A stretch of DNA of 64,000 nucleotides from the human T2T-CHM13v2.0 reference genome, Homo sapiens, in assembly GCF_009914755.1 (NCBI RefSeq), contig NC_060942.1. One strand, given 5' to 3'. Numbering within the stretch: the first letter of the stretch is position 1; each line of letters opens with the position of its first letter. This document shows, one piece after another, positions 17,930 to 30,864 of this stretch. A program made the translations under genes and the position numbers. A model generated the notes under the pieces. It saw nothing but the letters and a program-made list of their open reading frames with translations, had not been told where the DNA came from and did not search any database.

Positions 17930-18480
17930 TCTTGAATTTTTTTATTTCAGTTATTATATTTTAGCTCTATAATTTGTTTATTTCTATTTTATAATTTTTT
18001 TTAAAAAAAATATCATTTCTCTGAAATTTTTAGCTGTTTATCTATGTTCTTTGTAACTCACCGAGCTTCTTTAAGATTTTTAAAAATTGCTTTTGGTAAG
18101 GTAATTCATTAACTCCATTTTTAAAGAATCAGTTACTAAAGATTCACTTCATTCTTTTTGATTGGGTCATCTTCCCCTGATTCTTGATGTTTGTTGTAGT
18201 TTGTGGTGGTATCTGTATATTCGAAGAAGCAGTCCCATCTCCCAGCATTTACAGATTGCTTTAGCAGGAAAAAATCTTCACCCATCAACCTTGGTACAGA
18301 TTCCGAGAGCTTGTCAAATATTTTCTGTAAGTTTGTCTTCTCTGAGTTGAACATGTAGTTTCTTAACTACAGGGATTTACTGGGTTCACCCCCAACACAG
18401 GACCATAATTTCTTCCTCACTTTGGTATCTGACTGCTGTACTATGGGCCAGAACGTTGGTGGCATGCCAGTTACGTGTGT
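17930..18480 (-). mobile_element. Ancient L1 fragment
   Basis: Antisense L1 ORF1/5' region-like 'tttatttcagttattatattttagctcta...gggtcatcttcccctgattcttgatg'. Confidence 0.5.
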
Positions 18481-18679
18481 TCACACTCTGTTAGATGTGT
18501 GGCAGGCCAGGAATGAATCAGCAAATAATCTCTTTCCCAACATTTAAACTAATTTATTTCATTCTCCACTAGTAATGGTTTAGCCGAGAAGGAATGTGAA
18601 AGACTTTTTCATCAATCCCATGGCCTTGGTGGAGAAGTAACTCCCTGGTGAACTGTGTGTGTGACCACAATGGGCTGAG

Positions 18680-19797
18680 GCATGTGGACAACGCTGGAGG
18701 CAGAGCTGAGTGTGAGCAGAGGCTCACAGTGAGGCAGGGGCATCAGCATTGAGTCCAATCAACCCATCAGGACACCTGCTGCATGGAGGTTGTGAGCACT
18801 GAGGTGCTGAAGAGGCTCTCACTCTGTCTAAGAGAGTGTCCCGAGCAAGACAAGCAGTCCTAGATGCCCAGATTCTTGTTTTGGCTTCGGATCTGGGCAA
18901 AGGGAAAGCAAAGCAGCTGTGCTCAGATCTGAACTTGTTGGACATGTTGTGTTGAAACTTTACTGACATGTATGGGTGTAAATCTGCCAGAAGCTGAAGA
19001 ACTCATCCGTGATGAAGATAGCTCTGATTTGAATTCATAGTCTATGACTCCTGGAAAATATCAGGCAAAAGAGCAGAAAACACCTTTAATCAAGCCCATA
19101 CACTCCACTCTCTGTTGGATTCAACACAAGGAGAGTTCCTTGTGCCAAAGTCCCAAATCATTAGTCCAAGAAAACTTCCTATGATACAAAAGGAGACGAT
19201 AATGCCTGCCCAGTTAAAAAGAAGGGAAGAATCTCATCAAGAAACAACAAAGAAAGAAGTAGAAAGAATCTTGGGATTGTTGCAGTTGTATATTCGAGAT
19301 GCTACCCAGCGTCCTTCTTTGCCTTTGTGGTTGATCCACAATCTTTCCCCCAAACAGTGGAAAACATCTTTCATGTTTCCTTCATTATACAGGATGGTTT
19401 TGCAAGAGTAAAACCTGACCAAGACCGACTGCAAATAATAGAGCCTGTTAATATTAATGAAGAAAGTGAGGAAATTCACCAAAACACCCAAGTTAGGAAT
19501 CGAGGAATTCTAGCTGTGAGGTACCCTGACTGGGAGGAGATTGTGAATACCTTTGAGATTTCAAAGCCTGGGATTACTCCAAGTCAGAGACAGCAGAGGC
19601 TAAGTGCTTGACGCTAGCTGAAGGACTCAAATGGATAGTGAAGTCCAAGAGGGAAAGAAGCATGTATTATATACAGTGTATGATTCAACATTTAAAAAGA
19701 CAGATTGTTTTTAGTAAAATGTAGCTTTTGATATTTAATGAATTTGTCATGGTTGTTTTTGATTACAGGAAATTCACTGCCATATTAAAAAAAAAAA
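18680..19797 (+). pseudogene. NSMCE4A: Processed pseudogene of NSMCE4A (NSE4A, SMC5/6 kleisin)
   Basis: Intronless; frames give [50 protein letters not shown] and VDPQSFPQTVENIFHVSFII...TPSQRQQRLSA* (stop 19609-19611). The C-terminus matches recalled NSMCE4A rather than EID3. Several frameshifts; A-run 19787-19797; 5' boundary approximate. Confidence 0.92.
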
Positions 19798-20260
19798 GCT
19801 GCCACACTTTTTTCCCATAGTGGCTATATCATTTTAAATAAATTACCACCAGCAATATGAGTGATCCAGTTTCTCCACATGCTCACCAGTATTTGGTACA
19901 TTTTCCGTATTTTGCTTAAAGCATTCTGGTAAATTTGCCATAATATTGCAGTATGATTTCAATTTGCATCTCCGAGAAATAGCTAACATATTTTCATGTG
20001 GATACTTGCCATCTCCATCTCCTCCTCAGGGAAATGTCACTTCACATCTGCTACCTAATGTAATTGAGTTTTTCCCCACTGTGGCATTCGGAGTGTTTTT
20101 CACATGTTCTGGATACTACCCTTTGTCAGATATGCAGCTGGCCAATACTTCCTTACGTCTGTAGTATGTTACTTTATCCCTTTAAAGGGGACTTCCACAA
20201 AGCTTAGTTTTCTAATTTTGATGAATTCCAATTTACTCTTTGGTTGCTTTCTCTCTCTCT
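19798..20260 (-). mobile_element. L1MB/L1MC 3' region fragment
   Basis: 'gagtgatccagtttctccacatgctcaccagtatttgg' is an antisense old-L1 motif. Confidence 0.7.
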
Positions 20261-21420
20261 CTTTCTCTGTCAAGGAGAACTTTGGAAAACACTGTTATAT
20301 ATTTTGTAGGAATGTAAGATTAAACTTTATTTCTAAGACATATTTTCTTTCCATTAAAAAAACAAGGTTTTACTGAAAAATTTAAAACTAATTTATGTAT
20401 TTACATGTATTTTTAATTACCTATACTACTAGAAGGCACTTTTCAAATAAGTATCAGTATTTTAAGAATGTAAAAGAAAAAATTAAACATGCTGAATAAA
20501 AATTTATAGTTAAAATCTATCCCATCCCTAATATACAGGAGTTTGAATATAAATTAGTAAAGTTTTAGTCTAAAATGACTAGATAGTATAATAATATCTA
20601 TCTTGAGAACTGATACAGCAAGTAAATGAAAATCAGTTTATAAAGAGAATGGAGTAGGGGACCTAATGTCATTTAAGCCTCTCTTGTTTTACAGAAAATC
20701 AATTTTTGTAAGTCACCAAATAAAAAATAAACATACTAAGAAGAATGTTTCTCCATTACATTGTAAAGAAAACAATCTTCTGAGCTGGAGGACTGTAAGA
20801 CCTGGATGTGTAACCTGAGACTATCAAAATAACTCATTTGTAGACCATTTGACTTCCTTCCACAGCCCGCCTAGCATGTACAAACACCCACTGATTGAAA
20901 ATCTGTGGAATAGTCACTTTCAAGTAAAAGAGGCGCACATGAAGGTGTACAATGTGATTTTTGTAATTTTTATGAAGTTGAAGAACTGTCAAAAATGATG
21001 TATAAAATAAAAATCAAAACAGGGCTGTGTATGGTAGAGTGGGTGGGCCTGTCTGAAATGTCAGAGGGGATTTTCTGTGCTGATATGATCCATATATTAA
21101 TAGGGCTGTTGGATACTGTAAGGAATATAAAGTTATAAAAATCTGTAAAGTCATTGACAGATAACATCTGCACATTTCACTATAGTTTAATTTTGTGTTA
21201 AGATAAAACAATAAGATGGAAAGGAGAATGATCATCAAATTGTAATGGAGATAAGTATATTTCATTCACAAATTTCCCCTGCCAGTGACCATAAAATTGA
21301 CCAATCCAGAATGCTAGCTACTAGTAGGGTTCGAGGCAGAATGTTGGGGTGTACCTTGGGGTTTGTTGTGGCAGCTGGACCCACGGTTACTGGGCAGAGC
21401 TCTGTGGTGGCTGCAGTGCC

Positions 21421-22440
21421 ATGGAGAGTCTGAGATCCTCTGTGGACCTGGACCCTGGACTGACCCTTCAGAAGCTGGGCAAGGTGGTGGTGGAGCTCCT
21501 GCCACATGATCTCAGTCCACAACTCACTGTCCACAAACTCCAGGTGGAGACACTGGTGTGTTTGCCTCTCATCGGGTTATTGGTGGGTCTCATGGTTTTA
21601 TTGAGGCTTGTTCAGTCTGTTAGGGGTCAACTTTGTGTAAAGCGTGGAAACAACTGTGGAAACACTAAATTCACAGATTGAAAAGAAATGCCAACTCACT
21701 AACAAGCTTAGTGCTACCAGTAAGGAGTTTGCAGAGATTGAATTATCTTTAGAGAATGTCAGGGTAGATAGAGTCTTTAAATATACCCAGACTTAGGATA
21801 CTTAAAAAAAAAATGAGGAGCACCAACTTGATGCTGATGGAGGAATTCAATTCTCTGTTTCGAGAATTGAAAGAGAGATCCAAACTCTCCAAGCAATAAG
21901 AGGCAAAGGAGGAGATGCCAAAAATGGTGGAGTCTGTAGAAGAGGTCATGAGATAAGTATATTTCATTCACAAATTTCCCCTGTCTGTGACCATAAAATT
22001 GACCAATCCAGAATGCCAGCTACTAGGAGGGTTCCAGGCAGAATGTTGGGGTGTCCCTTGGGGTTTGTGGCAGCTGGACCCATGGTTACTGGGCAGAGCC
22101 CATCACAAGGGGCTTTTCTAAACCTGCTTGGAGGAGAAGCACCAAATCCTGCTGCTCTCTTCTCAGGAGTGGACGTGGGTCTTAAATCCGTGCTGCTCCC
22201 TCCCCTCCCCTTGGGCCTCATGGGCTGCCAGGCTGCGTATACCCACCTTGACTCCTTCTGAGGGTCACTGAGGCCAGTTGGTTCAGGGGAGCTCCTCACT
22301 GGGCTGGAATTCCTCCACCTTCACATGCTGTTCATAGCAGTCAGCTTCTTCACGGTAAACTCCTTCAAATATAAAGAATATAGGAGATCCTGCAACATGT
22401 CAAGAAATGTGTGACTTTCTTTCCTTTCACAGAGAGTTTG
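21421..22440 (+). pseudogene. cTAGE/MIA2-like intronless pseudogene, copy 1
   Basis: Kozak gccATGG; MESLRSSVDLDPGLTLQKLGKVVVELLP...LVCLPLIGLLVGLMVLLRLVQSVRGQLCVKR, then frameshifted SQIEKKCQLTNKLS...KEFAEIELSLEN. Aligns by eye to the cTAGE N-terminus, TM segment and first coiled coil (RSVRSRLYVGREKKL...IEEKCKLLEKFS). Stops and an internal insertion. Confidence 0.8.
21950..22099 (+). repeat. ~150-bp local direct copy of 21248-21400
   Basis: gagataagtatatttcattcacaaatttcccct...ggttactgggcagagc occurs at both positions with scattered substitutions. Confidence 0.95.
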
Positions 22441-25400
22441 GATTCTTTCTCATTAGCAGTGAAAGAAATGCTGTACTTGAGAGCCTAATCTTTTATTCAA
22501 ATTGAAGCATCATCCAACTACATTTCTCAGTATAATGCTCTGTAAATATTCATAAATTAATAATTGAACAATTCCTATTTTATTCTCTAAATAGTTACAC
22601 TTTAAAAATACAAGCAGTTTTCAATCAAGACTTTATCAATTTTTTAAATTATATTCCCAACCGTTATAAATCACAAGTTAGAGCATCATTTTTTGACCTC
22701 AGTATATATTCATATTTTAAAAGTTAATAAATATATTTTGGGATAAAGTGGAAGGGTATGCTTAGAAAGTTAAATTAATTAATATTTATATTCAAATATA
22801 ATAACAAATATTTTTAAGAATGATCTCATCATCCAGGTACTGAGCACAGTACCCAATAGTTAGTTTTTCAACCCTTGCTGCCTCCCTCCCACCTCTAGTT
22901 GTCATTGGTTTCTACTGCTGCCTTCTTTATTTCCATGAGTACCCAATGTTTAGCTCTCACTTATAAATGAGAAAATGTGGCATTTGGTTTTCTGTTCTTG
23001 CATTAACTCACTTAGGATAATGGCCACCAGCTGCATCCGTGCTGCTGCAGAGGACATGATTTTGTTCTCTTCTGTGGTGTGTAGTATTGCATGGTGCTTA
23101 TGTATCACATTTTCTTTATCCAGTCCACCACTGATGAGCACGGAGGTTGATTCTATTCTTTGTTGTTGTGAATACTGCTGCAATGAACATGCAAGTGCAT
23201 GTGTCTTTTTGGTAGAACAATTTGTTTTCTTTGGGATACAAGCCCAGTAATGGGATTGTTCGGTGAAAATATACTTCTGTTACAGATTCTTTTAGAAATC
23301 TCCAAACTGATTTTCACAGTAGATGAACTAATTTACACTCCCACCAACAATGTATAAACATTCCCTTTTCTCCACTGCCTTACCAGGATCTTTTTTTTTT
23401 TTTTTTTTGACTTTTTGATAGTAGCCATTCTGACTGGTTTGAGATGGCTTTCATTGTGGTCTTGATTTGCATTTCTCTGATTAGTGATGTGGAGCATTTT
23501 TTCACGTTTGTTGGCTGCTTGTATGTCTTCTTTTGAAAAGTGTCTGTCATGTCTTTTACCCATTTTTTTAATGGCAATGGGTTATTTGTTTTCTGCTTGC
23601 TCGTTTGTTTAGGTTCCTTATAGATTCTGGGTATTAGGCCTTTGTCAGATGCATAGTTAGTGAATATTTTCTCCCATTCTTCAGGTTGTCTGATTGCTCT
23701 GTTGATAGTTTCTTTTGCTGTGCAGGAGCTCTTTAGTTTAACTGGGCCCCAGTTGTCAATTTTTATTTTTGTTGCAATTGCTTTTGGGGACTTAGTCATA
23801 AAATTTTTCCCAAGGCCAATTTCCAGAATGGGTGTTTCCTAGGTTTTCTTCTAGGATTCTTATAGTTTGAGATCTTACATTTAAATCTTTAATCCATCTT
23901 AATTTTTGAATATGGTGAAAGGAAGGGGTCCAGTTTCCTTCTTTTGCATATGGCTAGCCAGCTGTGTCAGTGTCATTTATTGAATAGGGAATCCTTTTCC
24001 CATTGCTTACTTTTGTCAACTTTGTCAAAGATCAGATAGCTACAGGTGTGCAGCTTTGTTTCTGGGTTCTCTATTCTGTTCCAGTGGTCTATGTGTCTGT
24101 TTTTGTATCAGTACCATGTGTCTGTTTTTGGATACTGTAGCCTGGTAGTACAGTTTGTAGGGTAACATGATGCCTTTGGCTTTGTTCTTTTTGCTTAGGA
24201 TTGCTTTGGTCAATTGACTTCTTTTTTGGCTGCATATGAATTTTAGAAGTTTTTTCTAGTTTTGTGAAAAATACCATTAGCAGTCTGAAAGGAATACATT
24301 GAATCTGTAGATTGCTTTGGGCGGTATGACCATTTTTACGATATCGATTCTTCAAATCCAGGGGCATGGAATGTTTTTCCATTTGTTTGTTTCATCTCTG
24401 ATTTCTTTCAGCAATGTTTGTAGTTCTCCTCATAGAGATCCTTTACCCCCCTGCTTATTTTGCTAGGTATTTTTGTGTGGCTGTTGTAAATGGGATTGCA
24501 TTCTTGACTTGGATCTTAGCTTGAATGTTATTTGCATATAGAAATATTACTAATTTTTTTACATCGATTTTATATCCTGATACTTTATTGAAGTCTTTTA
24601 TCAGTCCCAGGCAGAGTTTTTAGGGCTTTCATTTTGTATAATCGTAACATTCGCAAAGAGAGATAGTCTGACTTATTTTCCTATGTGGATGCCTTTTATT
24701 TCTTTCTCTTGACTGATTGTTCTGGCTAGGATTCCCAGTACTATGTTGAATAGGAGTGGTGAGAGTAGACAACCTTGTCTTGTTCCAGTTCTCATGAAGA
24801 CTGTTTCCAGCTTTTGCCCATTCACTATGATGTTAGCTGTGGGTTTGTCATCGATAGCTCTCATTATTTTGAGGTATGTTCCTTCAATGCCTAGTTTCTT
24901 AAGGGTTTATATCATGAAGTAGTGTTGGATTTTATCAAAAGCTTTTTTTCCACATCTATTGAGATTATCATGTGGTGTTTTTAGGTCTGTTTATGTGCTA
25001 AATCACATCTGTTGATTTGCATATATTGAAACAACCTGGCATCCCACGAATGAAGCCTACCTGATCATGATAAATTAACTTTTTGACATGCTGTTGGATA
25101 TGGTTTGCTAGTATTTTGTTGAGGACTTTTGCATTATATTCATCAGGGATATTCACCTGTGTTCTTTTTTTCATTGTGTCTTTGCCAGGTTTTGGTATCA
25201 GGGTGATGCCGGCTTTGCAGAATGAGCTCAGGAGGAGTCCCTCCTTAATTCTTTGGGAGAGTTTCAGTATAATTGGTACCAGCTCTTCTTGTTACATCTT
25301 GTGGAATTTGACTGTGAATCCATCTGGTCTGGGGCTTTTCGGGGTTGGTAGACTTTTAATTACTGATTCAATTTCAGAACTTGACACTGGTCTGTTCAGA

Positions 25401-25720
25401 GTTTCAATTTCTTTATTCAATCTTGGGAGATTGTGTTTCCAGAAATTTACCCATTTCCTATAGATTTTCTACTTTGTGTGCATGAACTGTTCATAATGGT
25501 TTTTGAGGATCTTTGGTATTGATTTGTATTTTTATTGCACTGTGGTCCAAGAATATGGTTAATAAGATTTTGATTTTTTAAAATTTATTGAGACTTGCTT
25601 TATGGCCAAGCATGTAATCAATATTGGCATATGTTCTGTATGTAGATAAGAATAATGCATAATCTAGAGTTGATGAATGGAGTGTTCTGTAGATGTCTGT
25701 TAGGTCCAATTGGTCAACTG

Positions 25721-25915
25721 TTGAGTTTAAGTCAAGAATTTGTGTTAGTTTTCTTAGAATTGAGTTTAAGTCCAGAATTGGTTAGAATTGAAGAATTTGT
25801 TTTGTTAGAATTTAAGTCCAGAATTTGTTAGAATTGAGAATTTTGTTAGAATTTAAGTCCAGAATTTGTTAGAATTGAGTTTAAGTCCAGAATTTGTGTT
25901 AGTCCAGAATTTGTG
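25721..25915. repeat. Imperfect minisatellite derived from L1 sequence
   Basis: Repeated units of ttagaatt(gagt)ttaagtccagaatttg with partial copies. Confidence 0.85.
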
Positions 25916-26043
25916 TCTAATGCTGATAGTGGGGTTTTAAGGCCCCCACTATTATTGTGTGGCTGTCTGTGTCCTTTCATAGGTCCTAGAAGTGCTTGCT
26001 TTATGAATCTGGGTGCTCCAATGTTGGGTGTGAATAAATTTAG

Positions 26044-26409
<366 letters not shown>

Positions 26410-26719
26410 TCTTTGTTCTTTTTTACTGTTGTTGGTTTAATGTATGTTTGATCAGACATAAGAACAGTGACTTCTGCTTTTTTTTTCCATTTACATGGTA
26501 GATCTTTCTCCAACCCCTTACTTGGAGCTTATGAGTGCTGCTATGAGATGGGTCTTTTGAAGACAACAGACAGATGGGTCTTGTTTTTTTATCCAAATTG
26601 CCACTCTGTGACTTTTAAGTGTGGTGTTTAGACCATTTGCATTCAGGTTAATATTGATATGTGAAGTTTTGATCATATCGTGAAGTCATTAGCTAGTTGC
26701 TTTGTAGTTTCTATAGTGC

Positions 26720-27258
26720 TTGTCTCAGAAAGCTCAAGGCTGCCCAAAGAATTCATTCTTTTTTTTTGTCTTGGCAACAACTGACTATAGGCCCCTGACT
26801 TCCCTTTCTTACAGGGTTTATCGAAAAAAGATAAACAATTGTGAGACCCTCTTATTCCCTTTTCTGAGATGTACATGTGTCTCCTACACATCAGGAGTAT
26901 CTTTCTCAAGTCTCTGAAAATCATTCCTTTGACATGAAATCATGAGGAAGCAAAAGGCCTCTGTCTTTCAGTCTCTGTGGGAGAACAGAATTCTAACTTC
27001 CATAATGGCCAGCTAGCAGGCACAGCCGCCTACTCTCACTTACACTTACCAACCCTTTGTAAGTTTTCACTTCCCTGACTCTACCGAATCCCCACTTATC
27101 CCCTTGCTTACTGTCACTTTCTCCCTTTAAAACACCTAGGCACCATTGCACAAATCAAAGTTGAATTCACTTTATGACAGGCCCTTTTCCCTATTACAGT
27201 AGTATATTATTGATTAAAACTGTACTTACCACTTTAGTGTCTACCTTTATCACTGACA
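26720..27258 (+). mobile_element. ERV1 LTR (MER67/MER31-group), 5'-truncated
   Basis: Homologous to 57780-58290; ends attaaa...ctttatcactgaca. Confidence 0.65.
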
Positions 27259-28019
27259 GTTAATACACATGCATATACTCATATTCACATATATACACAC
27301 ACATAACATGTATGCACAAACGTGTATATATACATATATATTCTTAATAGATGCTTTGTCTTCTATAATCATTTCTTCTCCATCTGTTACACTAGAGGAA
27401 GTTCTCAAATATCAAGTGGCCCTTGGATGCTCATTCATATTTACATAATAGGAAGGACAGAGCTGAGTGGAGCTCTGTTTACCTGGGTGGGGCCTGTGTC
27501 TTTCTGGACTCAATATATCTTCAGAGGTGTTGAGTATTGAACTAGTAACAGGACAACAATGGTGGTGCTCATGCTAAAGTCTAAAAAATACTTGTTTCAC
27601 ACACATTCCCCACACAGACAAACACCCACTGAACACATAAAACACAGACAACACACACTCATAGACTCCCACAATTCCCATAATTGTGTTATGTCCCACA
27701 GTTCCCTTAAGGCCCAAAGACAAAATATACAGTGAAGGGGTTGGGGAAAAACTAGTTGGTCCATCTGATATTTTAGTGGAGCAGCAGCTGGAAATTTTTA
27801 CCCTGTATTACTCAACATTACACACTTCATGATTTATATATGTGAAGTGATTTTAATCTATACAGTCCCCACCTAAAACATGGTTAATAATTAAATGTAT
27901 TGACAGGTATATAATAATATGTTAAGAATAGAAGTAAGATTAACTCACCCTTTGGAACCTGAAGTCTACAATTAGGAGTCAAATAAAGATGTATTAAACA
28001 TGACTCTGAGCTTATGGTT

Positions 28020-28200
28020 ACATATTTTCACTTATTTAATCCTAACAGTAACCCTGCCCTTTATGGTTTTTTTACCCATTCAGCAAATGCTGTGATCTGA
28101 GCTTCAAAAAGCTTAGCGATATGACAAATTTATTTGTCATAAAAGTTTGAATTTAAACTTAGCTCAGCCTATCTCACAAACTCAAATCCTCAAACATTTT
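28020..28200. mobile_element. MIR SINE remnant
   Basis: 'cacttatttaatcctaacagtaaccctg...tttgaatttaaact' resembles the MIR core. Confidence 0.55.
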
Positions 28201-29151
28201 CATCTTGAGAGGACGCACCTGAGCCAGGTTTTACCTGACTAGTACCCCTTTTCACTGTGCTTTCTCTCCTTCCAGTTTCTCACACAATTCCTCCCCATGC
28301 CCAGGTTCTCCTACCCCACAGGATCCTTTGGCACATTGACTTCACTTCCCAAACATCAGCCAATGCCTTTTTCAATTTTTCTGGTTTGTTTAATTCACAC
28401 TTACAACTTTAAATTTATACTTACTAAGGGAAATATTCTCAAGTCCTGTTGAGCTTTCAGTTGATTTATGAATCAAGACCCCCATCATGAATGACCCTAA
28501 ATACCTGACTCTTCGATGGCTGCATCTGTCACAGCACAGGACTGAGATATTGACCCTTATCTAAATACAAACTCATGGTTCTCCCAATGGCTTCCAAACA
28601 CATTTGGCAATTCTACTCTGCCTTATTAAATAATCATCCAGGCACAGATGAGACCCGCTCCTACTACACAGATAAATTAGTTAAGCTGACAAACTGGAAG
28701 TATCTGTGCATATCTGCTTGCATTTGTCTGATGATTGTTTTAGTATTTTGAGAGAGGTTGGATTCTGTGTCTACTCAGACATGAGGAAAATGTGTGTGTG
28801 CCTTCTCTGTGGAAAGAGTATTTAGAGACATAAACTTTTGGACTTTTAGAGAGTGAAGGAAACAGTAATTTGCTGGGTGGAAGTTTGGACTTCTTTGTAT
28901 TTGATAGAGGTTTCCCCCCACCCCACCCCATGGAGACATATAAATCCTTCCAGATTTTCAGACAAAATTTCTTTCTGTGCTTTTGGCTATACAGTATGCA
29001 TAACTTACAAAGTTTTACTGCACTGCAGCCTCCACCATAAAGACAAACTGTCACCTTTCTTTAAATAGAGATCTCTGCACACAACAATTTGAAAATTCAT
29101 AAAATTTTAAACTAAATTATAAATAGCAAATGTGTAACCAATAAAGGAAGA

Positions 29152-29175
29152 CTACACATACACACACACACACAC
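29152..29175. repeat. (CA)n microsatellite
   Basis: Direct inspection. Confidence 0.8.
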
Positions 29176-30864
29176 AAATGAAAACAATGAGCAATATGAT
29201 AAATGCTGTGTTTTCTAGCTTTGTTTCAATAAAATAAGAAGTTATATTAAAATTGTCTTTAAAGCCAGTTAATTACCAAATAAAACTTGTAGCAAAAAGA
29301 TAGTGGCATTGGAAACTCAAAGACATTTAAATATAAGAAATCACTATGTTACCACATTTTAAACATTCTACAATCCAGTAAAAAATTTCCCTAGAGGGAC
29401 ACTTGCCTAATAAATACATATTTTTTACAGAAAGGGGAGTATTTGGAAAAGTAGGTCAACACTCAACTCAAATTTTAGAAAAATAGTCACCACATGCAAA
29501 GAAATGATAAAAGACAAAAGTTATAATGATGCTAAAGTGACTCCATATAAAAAAACTTTAAAAAACAAAACATAAGAAAGACTGAATAATTTAAAGTATT
29601 TGTAAGCTGGAATCCATGTTGGACACTTTAATAGAAAAGAAAAAAGCTGGAAACAAAACAATAAAAATGGGGTGTTTTCATCATGGACTAAACAGAAATT
29701 GGATATAATTATGAACTAAGTAGAGATTGGATATAATATCTGATGGTAAAAATAATTGTTAACTCAAAATACAACACAGTTCAGTGCCAGAAGCTATATC
29801 CAAGTGCGTAGGGAAATAGACTCTATAAAGAATTATAGGGCGGTTCCAAGATGGCCGAATAGGAACAACTCCAGTCTACAGCTCCCAGTGTGAGAGATGT
29901 AGAAGACGGGAGATTTCTGCATTTGCAACTGAGGTACCGGGTTCATCTCACTGGGGCTTGTCAAGACAGTGGGTGCAGAACAGTGGGTGCAGCGCACTGA
30001 GCGTGAGCCAAAGCAGGGCGAGGCATTGCCTCACCCAGGAAGTGCAAGGGGTCAGGGAATTCCCTTTCCTAGCCAAGCAAAGCTGTGACAGACGGAACCT
30101 GGAAAACCGGGTCACTCCCACCCAAATACTATGCTTTTCCAATGGTCTTAGCAAACAGCACACCAGGAGATTATATCCTGCACCTGGCTCGGAGGGTCCC
30201 ATGCCCACAGGGCCTTGCTCATTACTAGCACAGCAGTTTGAGTTCGAAACTGCAAGGTGGCAGCAAGGCTGGGGAAGGGGCGCCCGCCATTGCTGAGCCT
30301 TGAGTAGGTAAACAAAGCAGCAGGGAAGCTCGAACTGGGTGGAGCCCACCGCAGCTCAAGGAGCCGTGTCTGCCTCTGTAGACTCCACCTCTGGGGGAAG
30401 GGCATAGCCAAACAAAAGGCAGCAGAAACTCTGCAGACTTAAATGTCCCTGTCTAACAGCTTTGAAGAGAATAGTGGTTCTCCCAGCACGGAGTTTGAGA
30501 TCTGAGAACGGACAGACTGCCTCCTCAAGTGGGTCCCTGACCCCAAGTAGCCTAACTGGGAGGCATCCCCCAGTAGGGGCAGACTGACACCTCACACGGC
30601 CGCGTACCCCTCTGAGATAAAACTTCCAGAGGAACGATCAAACAGCAACATTTGCTGTTCAGCAATATTTGCTGTTCTGCAGCCTCTGCTGCTGATACCC
30701 AGGCAAACAGGATCTGGAGTGGACCTCCAGCAAACTCCAACAGACCTGCAGCTGAGGGTCCTGACTGTTAGAAGGAAAACTAACGAACAGAAAGGACATC
30801 CACACCAAAACCCCATCTGTATGCCACCATCATCAAAGACCAAAGGTAGATAAAAACCACAAAG

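Noticed and set aside
25721-25915. Repeat array as CRISPR-like
   Set aside because: No unique spacers, irregular unit length, derived from L1, eukaryotic context with no cas genes.
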